From positions 55,701-119,700 of the forward strand of contig JBDRHZ010000012.1 in assembly GCA_043816305.1 (NCBI GenBank): a stretch of 64,000 nucleotides of DNA. Reading direction: 5' to 3'. The stretch is from Patescibacteria group bacterium (lineage in GTDB: Bacteria > Patescibacteriota > Dojkabacteria > JAHIVN01). The position numbers were made by a program, and so were the translations under genes. Under the pieces are notes generated by a model. That model searched no databases. It worked only from the letters and a program-made list of their open reading frames with translations, and had not been told where the DNA came from. This document shows positions 38,629 through 47,374 of this stretch, in pieces (position 1 is the first letter of the stretch; each line of letters opens with the position of its first letter).

Positions 38629-40204
38629 ATATTATATCTACTGTAGAAAATCAACAGACGAAAATAACAGACAAGTTCAGTCTATTCAAGCACAGGAAAC
38701 CGAACTGCTTCAATTTGCCGAAAAAGAAGATCTTGAAGTTATTGAAATATTTCGAGAATCTAAAACCGCAAAACAACCCGGAAGAGAAATATTCAATAAA
38801 ATGTTAATGCAGATGGAACAGGGAAAAGCTGAGGGAATACTTGCATGGCATCCTGACAGACTTGCTAGAAACTCGGTAGATGGAGGAAAAGTCATCTTTA
38901 TGATGGATCAGGGCCTAATTAAAGATCTAAAATTTCCCACATACTGGGTAGATACCTCACCTCAAGGGAAATTCACACTTAGTCTTGCTTTTGGACAATC
39001 GAAATACTATATCGACAACTTGAGTCAGAACGTTAAACGAGGGCAAAGGGAAAAGCTTAGACGTGGAGAATGGCCTACTATGGCTATTCTCGGGTACAAA
39101 AATGATTTAGTGAAAAAGAAAATCTTACCAGATCCAAGAACTTTCCCTCTTATTAAAAGACTTTTTGATGAATATGCAAAAGGAAGATATTCCCTACGAG
39201 AAATGTCAGAAGAAGCTTACAAGTGGGGACTAACAAGTAAATTTGGGACAAAACTCACAAAAAGCGTAGTTCAGAGGATACTCGTAAATCCTTTCTATAT
39301 GGGAATTATGATCTATGGTGGTAAAAAGTATAAAGGTATACATAAAAAAGCTATTAATACAGGTACTTTTCTTCAAGTTCAAAAGGTATTAAAAAATCGT
39401 GGTAAACCTACTGATTATAAGAAAGAGAAAAAGAACTTCCCATTCACCGGACTTATTAAATGTGCTGAATGTGGCTGTTCTATCACAGCTGAAGAGCAGA
39501 AAGGACATACTTATTATCGTTGTACCAAGAAAAAAGGGAAATGCAATCAAAAATATGTACGATCTGAAGAAGTCGAAAGTAAGGTTAGCGAAATACTAAA
39601 GAATATTGCCGTAGATGATGAAGTCTTTAAGCTAATGATTATGGCATTAAAACAAGGACAAGATAATGACTATGAAGTACACAAAAGCAGTATAGACTTC
39701 TGGCAAAAAGAATATAACAGGATTGATGAGAAGAAAAAACGATTACTCAATTTGGTAACTGATGGGAAAATTTCAGAAGAGGATTTTGAGGAAAAGAAAA
39801 ATGAGCTTGAATGTGAGCAGTCAAATGTACAGGATAATATTGATGAAATAGAAAAGGTTGGAAATCAGTGGATCGAACAGCAGAAGAACCTCGCAATCAA
39901 TTGCTACAACGCCTTTCTTGTGTTTTCAAAAGGAGACGATACAGATAAGAAGCTAATACTCCACTCAGTCGGCTCGAACTTTTTACTAAGTGGCAAAAAC
40001 ATAAGCTGGGACTGGATAGAACCCTTCGACATAATGGCTGGAAATACCAGCAGTACCAACTGGCGGAGAGACAGGGATTCGAACCCTGGATACTCTTTCG
40101 AGTATACTGACTCTCCAAGTCAGCGCATTCGACCACTCTGCCATCTCTCCAATAAAAAAATTCTAAAGATCCTTCCCCCTCCTTCGCAGGCTCTGGAGGA
40201 CTAA
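38612..40204 (+). CDS. Large serine recombinase (integrase)
   Basis: 530 aa. YYIYCRKSTDE (Ser nucleophile), recombinase domain, zinc ribbon CAECGCS...YYRC. The ORF reads through the att core (40051..40066) and across the tRNA-Ser gene. Confidence 0.75.
   Translation: MKIMLKYYIYCRKSTDENNRQVQSIQAQETELLQFAEKEDLEVIEIFRESKTAKQPGREIFNKMLMQMEQGKAEGILAWHPDRLARNSVDGGKVIFMMDQGLIKDLKFPTYWVDTSPQGKFTLSLAFGQSKYYIDNLSQNVKRGQREKLRRGEWPTMAILGYKNDLVKKKILPDPRTFPLIKRLFDEYAKGRYSLREMSEEAYKWGLTSKFGTKLTKSVVQRILVNPFYMGIMIYGGKKYKGIHKKAINTGTFLQVQKVLKNRGKPTDYKKEKKNFPFTGLIKCAECGCSITAEEQKGHTYYRCTKKKGKCNQKYVRSEEVESKVSEILKNIAVDDEVFKLMIMALKQGQDNDYEVHKSSIDFWQKEYNRIDEKKKRLLNLVTDGKISEEDFEEKKNELECEQSNVQDNIDEIEKVGNQWIEQQKNLAINCYNAFLVFSKGDDTDKKLILHSVGSNFLLSGKNISWDWIEPFDIMAGNTSSTNWRRDRDSNPGYSFEYTDSPSQRIRPLCHLSNKKILKILPPPSQALED
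40051..40066. repeat. att core repeat C (CAGTACCAACTGGCGG), shared with 9757..9772
   Basis: 16-bp identity. Includes the last 6 nt (CCGCCA) of tRNA-Ser. Confidence 0.75.
40061..40150 (-). tRNA. tRNA-Ser (anticodon GGA)
   Basis: 90-nt reverse complement: GGAGAGA acceptor, anticodon arm CTGAC-TTGGAGA-GTCAG, long variable arm, T-arm CAGGG-TTCGAAT-CCCTG. Ends CCGCCA. Confidence 0.8.
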
Positions 40205-40525
40205 TTCTACGCCAATGGCGGATTATTGAGCAAGTCAGGGCCGTTCGCCTGCCTGTCGAAGCTTCAGCGAAGACAGGACCACTCCATCTCTCCAAGTCTT
40301 AACGATTATAACATCTTAGAATGATACCTCAAAGTATAGAACTTTCAATGTCTGTAAAATGATAAAACTAGATGACTTCAATCTTTATCTGCTTCTCGTA
40401 TCAATCTTTTGGTCATTTGTTCAAAAATATTACTTGCAATATTCCGAGTTGATATATATTATTTACATAGAGAACTATATAGGGGGTATATGGGGCGGTA
40501 AATATTTTTTTATATATTTACTGTC

Positions 40526-41146
40526 ATGTTGCAGATATATCTTACAAGACATGGTCAAGACGAGGACAACGCAAAAGGTTTGTTAAATGGGCAAAGAGAT
40601 ACAGATCTTACTGAAACTGGGATAAGTCAGGCAAGAGAGCTTGCTCTCAAAATTCGAGAAAATAATATTCAGATTGACTATATATATTCGTCACCTCTAA
40701 GAAGGGCTTTTCATACAGCCCAGATAGCAGATTCACTTCTTGGCGGCACTAAAGGGGTTTTCGCTTCAGACGATCTGAAAGAACGTGATTTTGGCATTAT
40801 GACAGGAAGGTCGAAGGGGGAAATTGAAACATTCTGTTCACCAAACCTGCTTTCTACTGAAACGGTTTTATACTTTCTTAAACCTGAAGGGGGAGAGACT
40901 TATCCAGAACTGATTAAGAGGACTCAACGTATTCTTAGATTTATAAAATTCCTTCATTTCAATGAGAATGTATTAGTTGTTAGTCATGGAGATACAGCTA
41001 AAATGTTATATGCTTCATATTATAACCTTGATTGGAAAAAAACTCTGCAAATGTTCCATGTTGGAAATGCAGACCTTATCATGCTATCAGAAGAATCTCC
41101 TGTTGAAGAAACGCATATGCTTAAAATGAAACAGTATAATAACTAA
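40526..41146 (+). CDS. Histidine phosphatase (phosphoglycerate-mutase family)
   Basis: 206 aa. LTRHGQ (RHG), then SSPLRRA. Confidence 0.7.
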   Translation: MLQIYLTRHGQDEDNAKGLLNGQRDTDLTETGISQARELALKIRENNIQIDYIYSSPLRRAFHTAQIADSLLGGTKGVFASDDLKERDFGIMTGRSKGEIETFCSPNLLSTETVLYFLKPEGGETYPELIKRTQRILRFIKFLHFNENVLVVSHGDTAKMLYASYYNLDWKKTLQMFHVGNADLIMLSEESPVEETHMLKMKQYNN

Positions 41147-41301
41147 TAACTTTCAACCGTAACCCATAGACTATAATCCGTTATTAGTAATCATCAGGCA
41201 TCTTAATCACTTTAATCAGATCTATCTTTTCAATCTACAATCTGACGATCAATTGCCGGATGCAAATTAACAATGAGATTTCGATTACCAAGGATCGATT
41301 C

Positions 41302-42117
41302 TTATCCGCCTCCACTGGTATATGACCTAAGTCCGCTCTTCCATATCACTCTGCCGATGAATAGCCAAGCCACGGCAATAAGTGTAAATATAAGCAGTGT
41401 ATTCTGCGGTATTCTTCCAAGTAATAGCCCGACAGGAACTGCTCCAAACAAGACAAAGGGAACGGCATATACAAAAAGAATTTTCCAAGCTCCATGAAAT
41501 GCTGACATGGGTATTTTTGCAATCTCTGACAGAGATATAAATACCCAATATCCGTGGCTGATGTTTCCAGCCCAGAAGCTTATCGAAAAAACGGAAAGTA
41601 GTATGGAATAGTAAATAACTGACAGCAAGACGATGACATACAGCATTTCCGGAACTATTGAAGCATCTAAGATAAAATCTGTGTTTGACAGGCCATAGTA
41701 CATGAAGATTATGCCAATAACACATCTTGCCAGGTAAAACACATGAAAATTCTCAAGTGATATAAGAAATAGCGGACTGATTGGTTTTGCGAGATACTGG
41801 TCAAGCTCTCCGTTTGGCACTTTGCTTGCTATGTTTCGTACGTTATCAAGAAGGACACTTTTGAGAAGTGAGATCGTAAATGTAAATGCTCCAAAGATAG
41901 CTATTACTTCAAATCTTCCCCAGCCTGCTATACTGTCAAACTTTGAGAAAATTATCTCGATAAATACCCAGTAAGATAGTATCTCGATAATGCTTCCGGA
42001 TATCTGAGAAAGAAAATCGAGCCTGTAAGTCATTTCTGTACTTATTGAAGCCTTCATCAGTACGAAGTAGACTCTTAGGTGCTTAACGATTTTCCTGCTA
42101 ATTTCCGAAACTTTCAT
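41302..42117 (-). CDS. ABC-2 family transporter permease subunit
   Basis: 271 aa, paralogue of 3919..4734. Confidence 0.55.
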   Translation of the reverse strand: MKVSEISRKIVKHLRVYFVLMKASISTEMTYRLDFLSQISGSIIEILSYWVFIEIIFSKFDSIAGWGRFEVIAIFGAFTFTISLLKSVLLDNVRNIASKVPNGELDQYLAKPISPLFLISLENFHVFYLARCVIGIIFMYYGLSNTDFILDASIVPEMLYVIVLLSVIYYSILLSVFSISFWAGNISHGYWVFISLSEIAKIPMSAFHGAWKILFVYAVPFVLFGAVPVGLLLGRIPQNTLLIFTLIAVAWLFIGRVIWKSGLRSYTSGGG

Positions 42118-42892
42118 ATTTCTGTAAACCCTTTTTATATAAGATTCTACTCAAAATAATTAGTAATATCAGCCAAAGTACTTGTAGAAAATAGCCCAGG
42201 TATATTTGACTGTTTGAGATCAGGCTTTGAAATATCTCGATAGGAAAAGAGAATGTGTATCTGAAAGGAAGCAAGTATGCGGCTTTTTGGATCCCTAAAG
42301 GCATAAGCAATAAAGGGGCAATTGCTCCTCCAAAAATATAACTTGTCGTATTGTAAACTGTGTAAACTCCATCTACTTTTTGAAACCAATGAGTGAGATT
42401 TCCAATGATGAATTGAAGCAAGGCGAATATCAAAGTACTTAGAATGATCGAAGGTAACGAGATGATCAAATGGATAAGCGAGAACTCGATGCTTAAGTTG
42501 CCTGAAAAAACTAAAAAGAATAAGATCAGAATTGGTATACCCGAAATAAGTCCAAAGGTTTTCCAGCCTTGTTCAAGAAGTATATCTTTAGCGTAGGGGA
42601 AGATCGGTTTCAGCAATGTGTTTGAAAGCTCTCCGCGTCTGATTGAATTTGAGATCAAGTGCCAAAAAGTGCCTCCTATGATGTACCAGGTGATGAAAAG
42701 GTAAAAATAGTATGTTATGACTTGAGATATAGTCATCGAGCCGATAGAGTCATGGCCTTTTGAAACGATCAGCCATGTAAAGGCCATGACAAAGCTTTCT
42801 GAGGCTCCTACCAATATCCAGATAAATGTTTTACCAGCATCAGAAAACATGTCCTGGACTGAGATTTTGTAAAGATGAATGTACTTATGCAT
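42098..42892 (-). CDS. ABC-2 family transporter permease subunit
   Basis: 264 aa, paralogue of 4715..5503. Confidence 0.55.
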   Translation of the reverse strand: MHKYIHLYKISVQDMFSDAGKTFIWILVGASESFVMAFTWLIVSKGHDSIGSMTISQVITYYFYLFITWYIIGGTFWHLISNSIRRGELSNTLLKPIFPYAKDILLEQGWKTFGLISGIPILILFFLVFSGNLSIEFSLIHLIISLPSIILSTLIFALLQFIIGNLTHWFQKVDGVYTVYNTTSYIFGGAIAPLLLMPLGIQKAAYLLPFRYTFSFPIEIFQSLISNSQIYLGYFLQVLWLILLIILSRILYKKGLQKYESFGN

Positions 42893-43039
42893 GCCCTTTG
42901 TGAATAATGATTCCCGTATTATACAAGTGTTTTCAGGTTACATGCAATGTGAAGAAATAATGATCCGTTAACAATGACCCCGCCATAGGCGGGCAGGCAA
43001 TAACTAATTTATAGTCATTTATAATTACCAGTGACCTAC

Positions 43040-43067
43040 ATCTAACATCTAACACTTAACATTTAAC
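43040..43067. repeat. Heptamer tandem repeat (ATCTAAC/ACTTAAC/ATTTAAC x4) upstream of the helicase gene
   Basis: Four contiguous 7-mers. A GC-rich hairpin (CCCGCC-ATAG-GCGGG) sits about 50 bp upstream. Confidence 0.5.
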
Positions 43068-43134
43068 ATATTGCTTTGTTACTTCCTCTGTCCTTGTAAT
43101 TAAAAAAATAAGAAGATAACATCAAGGTAATGCT

Positions 43135-44295
43135 ATGAGTATAAAACTATCGCGAGATCAAAAGCTGGCACTCGAAAGTCTGCTTGACTGGTACAAAGAT
43201 AAGAATAAGAACCAGTTTATCACATTGGGCGGCTATGCCGGGACTGGTAAGACTACGCTTATCTCTGCATTTAGAAAAAAGCTGTATCAAGCAAAGAAAA
43301 AGGCAAAGGTGGCCTTTGTCACTTATACAGGTAAAGCTTCAAGGGTACTCGACACAAAGTTAAAAGAGGTAGGAGGTGTTTTCAAAGGAGACTTTGTAGG
43401 GACTATTCATTCACTGATTTATTCTCCTGTAACAAACGATAACGAGGAGATCGTAGGCTGGGAGCTGAAGGAGGATGTGAAGTGTGATCTGATAATAATT
43501 GATGAGGCTTCCATGGTCAACAGCGAAATCTGGTCTGACCTGATTTCATACAAAATCCCGATCATAGCAGTTGGTGATCATGGCCAGCTGCCTCCTATCG
43601 AAGGACGATTTAACCTGCTTGAGCGACCTGACATTCTCTTGGAACAAATTCATCGGCAAGCCGAGGGAAACCCCATCATACAGATATCTATATGTGCCAG
43701 GCGTGATGGAAGAATTCCGTTTGGCCGTTTTGGCGACAGTGTCAAAAAAATAGGAAGAGATGATGATGAGGTGGGTGAACTACTGGAAGGAGTAGGCGAG
43801 GATACGATGGTTCTCTGCGGATACAACAATACTCGCGTAAAACTCAATCAGCACATTCGAGCAAATATGGGCTTTGAAACAGATATGCCAGAGTCTGGTG
43901 ATCGGGTGATCTGTCTTCGGAACAATCATGTTACGAGAATTTATAACGGCATGCTGGGAAACCTGGATACATTTCAAAAGGGTGATGATGAGGAGTGGTA
44001 TCTGGCGGAAATAAATTTCGATGATGGAGGTGATTTTAAGGGTTTGATATACCTGAAGCAGTTCAATAGTCCAGTTCCCTTCAACTTTACAAGTCAAAGA
44101 CGCAAGGTGATGAAAGGCGATCTTTTTGATTTCGGCTATGCATTGACGGTTCACAAGGCGCAAGGCGGCCAGGCAAGAAGGGTGATATTGTTCGAAGAAC
44201 GGTTTCGTCAGATGGATGACGAGATGTGGAGACGGTGGCTGTATACGGGAGTAACTAGGGCAGAGGAGGAACTATATCTAGTCGGTAATTCGTAG
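43135..44295 (+). CDS. PIF1/RecD-like SF1 DNA helicase
   Basis: 386 aa. Walker A GGYAGTGKTTL, Walker B IIIDEASMV, C-terminal ALTVHKAQGGQARRV. Confidence 0.7.
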   Translation: MSIKLSRDQKLALESLLDWYKDKNKNQFITLGGYAGTGKTTLISAFRKKLYQAKKKAKVAFVTYTGKASRVLDTKLKEVGGVFKGDFVGTIHSLIYSPVTNDNEEIVGWELKEDVKCDLIIIDEASMVNSEIWSDLISYKIPIIAVGDHGQLPPIEGRFNLLERPDILLEQIHRQAEGNPIIQISICARRDGRIPFGRFGDSVKKIGRDDDEVGELLEGVGEDTMVLCGYNNTRVKLNQHIRANMGFETDMPESGDRVICLRNNHVTRIYNGMLGNLDTFQKGDDEEWYLAEINFDDGGDFKGLIYLKQFNSPVPFNFTSQRRKVMKGDLFDFGYALTVHKAQGGQARRVILFEERFRQMDDEMWRRWLYTGVTRAEEELYLVGNS

Positions 44296-44394
44296 GCATT
44301 CGATTTTACTTGCAGTCCTTTTTACAGAAGTAACGTAGAAAATGCGGAAAAAGTTTTTACGGAAGGCTTTAACCGGATTAGGAAAGAATACGAT

Positions 44395-45108
44395 TTGCGA
44401 AAAGTAAAGTATTGCTATGCAGGTATAAGCGGCTGCCAAGGAGATCCCCGCTATAATTCCCAACTTGAAAATCTGCTGAAAAAATGGGTATCAAATTGTA
44501 AGACAGAGGGAGACTTGTATTCAAGCTTTCGATCCTTATCTGAGAATGAAACAGGAATGCTGGCTATATCAGGATCCGGCACTGCAGTTGTATCATTCCT
44601 TGAAGACAGAACCGAAATATTTAGCGGTATAGGAGTAGGTGGAAAGGATTATGCTTATGGTGTTGAGTATTTGCTGATGAAGGGTACAATTAAGCCTGAC
44701 TCAAAAGTTGGCAGGACAATTCTCAAGGATATCAAGCTTGAAGAGATAGAGTCAAAATTTCATGGTCGAGTTGGCCTTAATAATGAAATCCTAAATTCAA
44801 TTACTCAGATACTAGCGGAAGCTTCAAAGAAAGATCAGGGTCTCACAAAGGAACTAGAAACCTTGAGCGATCTTTTTATAGCAAGGTGGCTCTATAAGAT
44901 TACTGGTCATATCTACAAGTTCAACTTCAATGAGAAGAAATCGTTTGACCTTGTGCTGTCTGGGAGCATGTGGAAATGGGACCAATTGAGAAACGAGGTA
45001 ATTCAGAACCTAGGAAAATCAGCCCCGAATGCAAATGTTATCTATGATCCTCTGGTGAAACCAGTTGAGGGGTGTGTGAAGATAGCGGTGAAAGAAAACA
45101 GCAAATAG
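44395..45108 (+). CDS. BadF/BadG/BcrA/BcrD-type ATPase C-terminal half (likely truncated; TTG start)
   Basis: ISGSGT and LSGS glycine motifs and a PVEGCV end. There is no N-terminal phosphate-1 motif, and an in-frame stop lies at 44293. Confidence 0.35.
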   Translation: MRKVKYCYAGISGCQGDPRYNSQLENLLKKWVSNCKTEGDLYSSFRSLSENETGMLAISGSGTAVVSFLEDRTEIFSGIGVGGKDYAYGVEYLLMKGTIKPDSKVGRTILKDIKLEEIESKFHGRVGLNNEILNSITQILAEASKKDQGLTKELETLSDLFIARWLYKITGHIYKFNFNEKKSFDLVLSGSMWKWDQLRNEVIQNLGKSAPNANVIYDPLVKPVEGCVKIAVKENSK

Positions 45109-45249
45109 TGAAATAGTAAAGTAGTGAATAGTGCATTCATTGTAAATTTATCAAGCCCATCCGCTCACCAGCCCCTTAGCTTATCATCCTATCAGCCACT
45201 CCCGATTTAAAGCTATTGACCAAGCTCCTGAAAATAGTAAAATGGATCT

Positions 45250-45573
45250 ATGGGAGGTAAAATATTTTTTCACAAACTCAAGAAAATTGTTTCGTTAAGA
45301 TGGATTCTTTTGACTATTGTCTTGTTCGCTACAATAGGTTATCACTTCAACATCCCGTTACCGACTGTCGAAACTACTGATGTAGAATGTCCTCAGGTAC
45401 TAGTCACTGGGGATAACGGTCAGGTATATTATGAAGAATCTATGTGTGGAGACGCAAAGAAATTACTTGTTGTGAATACAGCGGTAAATATTGTTGTCTG
45501 GCTGCTGGTAGCGCTCATCTTAGACCACTTCATCTTCCGGCTTGTTCTTGGACGAAATAATCATCTGATTTAG
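45250..45573 (+). CDS. Small membrane protein
   Basis: 107 aa, two hydrophobic helices. Confidence 0.35.
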   Translation: MGGKIFFHKLKKIVSLRWILLTIVLFATIGYHFNIPLPTVETTDVECPQVLVTGDNGQVYYEESMCGDAKKLLVVNTAVNIVVWLLVALILDHFIFRLVLGRNNHLI

Positions 45574-45681
45574 GTTCGTCTATTTCATACTCTGTACCGC
45601 GGCTTTTAAACACGGAAAAAAAGACATTAAAATCAGGAGTTGATTTGATAGGAAAGCTTTAAGAGGTTTGAGAACAACCTT

Positions 45682-46638
45682 CTACAAGAAGTTTATTATC
45701 TGATTATACCAGTTTGTTGCCATTATTGAGTACCCCGTTGTATTTGGATGGAAGCTGTCTGACATAAGCGAGGGCTTTGCTTGTCCGGTCCCGCTGTCAT
45801 AGAATGAGCTCCAATTGGTAGTAAAGTGTTTGTCATACCCAGAAAGGTTTGTCTGCAATTGTGAGTTGTAATAGGCGACACCTGCTGATCCAAGTACTCC
45901 TTCATAAGTGTTTGGAATGAAGGCTGAAATTATCAGTTTGGGTGTTGATTTGTCTGGATTCTGGTGAGACTTTACTGTGCTTATGATGCTCTGAACCTCA
46001 GATGTGGTTTGTGCTACGACTTGAAGAAACTTCTCAGGAGTTTGAGGCTCTGTCTCTTGCTTTAGATCATTTCCACCGATCAATAGAAGAACGAAATCAG
46101 GGTCATATGTATCAATCCAACTATTTACGCTTCCCAAAACTTGATCTGCACGCCAGCCTCCCACTCCTTTATTTATGATATTGAAATCATATTGAGCGAA
46201 TGCTGCTTTGAGTTTTGAATCTAACCTCGAGGGGTATGTATTACTGCTTCCGCCGTATGGTGTACCATACGTGATACTGTCACCTAGACATAAGATTGTT
46301 ATAGTTTCGAGCTGAGGTTTAGGTTCTAGAGTCTGTGGCGATATTTGATCAGTTGCTTCCTCATCCCCTTGATCTTCTATATTGGGCTGAGATGTTGAGG
46401 ACGTAGTGGTTTTTATTTTTACAGGTTCTTTATTCGGAGTGCCTAATTCCTCATTGGAATACAAAGATGGTTCTCCCGACGCCTCCGATATTTGGTCATA
46501 AGAAGTGCTTTCGTCTGTGAGATAATTTTCTTTGATTGACTCGGCAAATTGCAAAGTGTTGTAAATATTGAACGCTGCAAATACTGTGAGTACTAGGAAG
46601 ATGATGCATAGAAATATGCTGTGGGCAGTAATTTTCAT
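45682..46638 (-). CDS. Secreted SGNH/GDSL hydrolase
   Basis: Signal peptide, low-complexity linker, LCLGDSITYG (GDS), LLLIGGNDL and DSFHPN. Confidence 0.75.
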   Translation of the reverse strand: MKITAHSIFLCIIFLVLTVFAAFNIYNTLQFAESIKENYLTDESTSYDQISEASGEPSLYSNEELGTPNKEPVKIKTTTSSTSQPNIEDQGDEEATDQISPQTLEPKPQLETITILCLGDSITYGTPYGGSSNTYPSRLDSKLKAAFAQYDFNIINKGVGGWRADQVLGSVNSWIDTYDPDFVLLLIGGNDLKQETEPQTPEKFLQVVAQTTSEVQSIISTVKSHQNPDKSTPKLIISAFIPNTYEGVLGSAGVAYYNSQLQTNLSGYDKHFTTNWSSFYDSGTGQAKPSLMSDSFHPNTTGYSIMATNWYNQIINFL

Positions 46639-46649
46639 AGTTATTTGCG

Positions 46650-46934
46650 TTATAGCTTTGATTTTCTTTCTATGAGGATAGCCTTTCCTTCAATTAGGGC
46701 TTTTGTTATCTTTTCCATTGCCTTTACAAAATCTCTTTGATACTGGCTTTGCGAGATTCCCATCTGTTTAGAAGCTGTATGCTGGTCTAGATCGTTTACA
46801 AATCTGAGTCGAAGTGTTTCAAGCTCCTCATCAGTTACCTTAACTTCATCGAGCGCAGTCATGGGTATTCCTCTCGGCTTGAAATAGTAATCGTTGAATG
46901 TATGTTGAAGTCTTCTTCTGATTCTTCTTCTCAT
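46650..46934 (-). CDS. DUF134 (UPF0251)-like small DNA-binding protein
   Basis: 94 aa, FKPRGIP, ..LTLDE.EALRL.. pattern. Confidence 0.5.
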   Translation of the reverse strand: MRRRIRRRLQHTFNDYYFKPRGIPMTALDEVKVTDEELETLRLRFVNDLDQHTASKQMGISQSQYQRDFVKAMEKITKALIEGKAILIERKSKL

Positions 46935-47044
46935 TTTATATTGAAAGCTAACAATTAATTATAGCAACAATTTATCACTGAGTCGATCAAATAGGGAAGC
47001 GATCCCGCAGAGCGGGATCGCTTGAATTTGTAGCTCTTATAAAA

Positions 47045-47269
47045 CTACCTGCAAAATGCTCCTCTCAACGGAGTTTTGCACTTGGGACACTTTGTTTGCG
47101 AACAAGGTGTTCCTCGCTTATGAGGTTCTTTGTGGCCGCACTTTGGACACTCACATTCATTTGTTCCTCCTAGTCCTGCTCTTGCTCCGGTAGCTATTTT
47201 TTTTCTACCTCTAGCAAATCCTGTCCCAGGACCTTGTCCGCGCGGGCCTGTACCATTTCTTGCTGGCAT
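47045..47269 (-). CDS. Small Gly/Arg-rich Cys4 zinc-ribbon protein
   Basis: 74 aa. CxC...CPKC...C...CPKC. Confidence 0.45.
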   Translation of the reverse strand: MPARNGTGPRGQGPGTGFARGRKKIATGARAGLGGTNECECPKCGHKEPHKRGTPCSQTKCPKCKTPLRGAFCR

Positions 47270-47374
47270 GATTTACCTCCTTAAATAAAAATATTAAATA
47301 GGGTAATAACCCAACACTATATTAACACATCTCTTATGATGGGTCAATACCCAGTCAATTGTAAGGATTGCTGT

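Noticed and set aside
9757-40150. Interpretation of the inserted block as a prophage
   Set aside because: It has a CI/Cro switch and an integrase, but no terminase, portal, capsid, tail or lysis genes. It does carry VirB4, VirD4 and TrbL, so it is an ICE.
43038-43074. Heptamer repeats as a CRISPR array
   Set aside because: The 7-nt units are contiguous with no spacers and there are no cas genes. No CRISPR-like repeat-spacer periodicity appears anywhere in the window.
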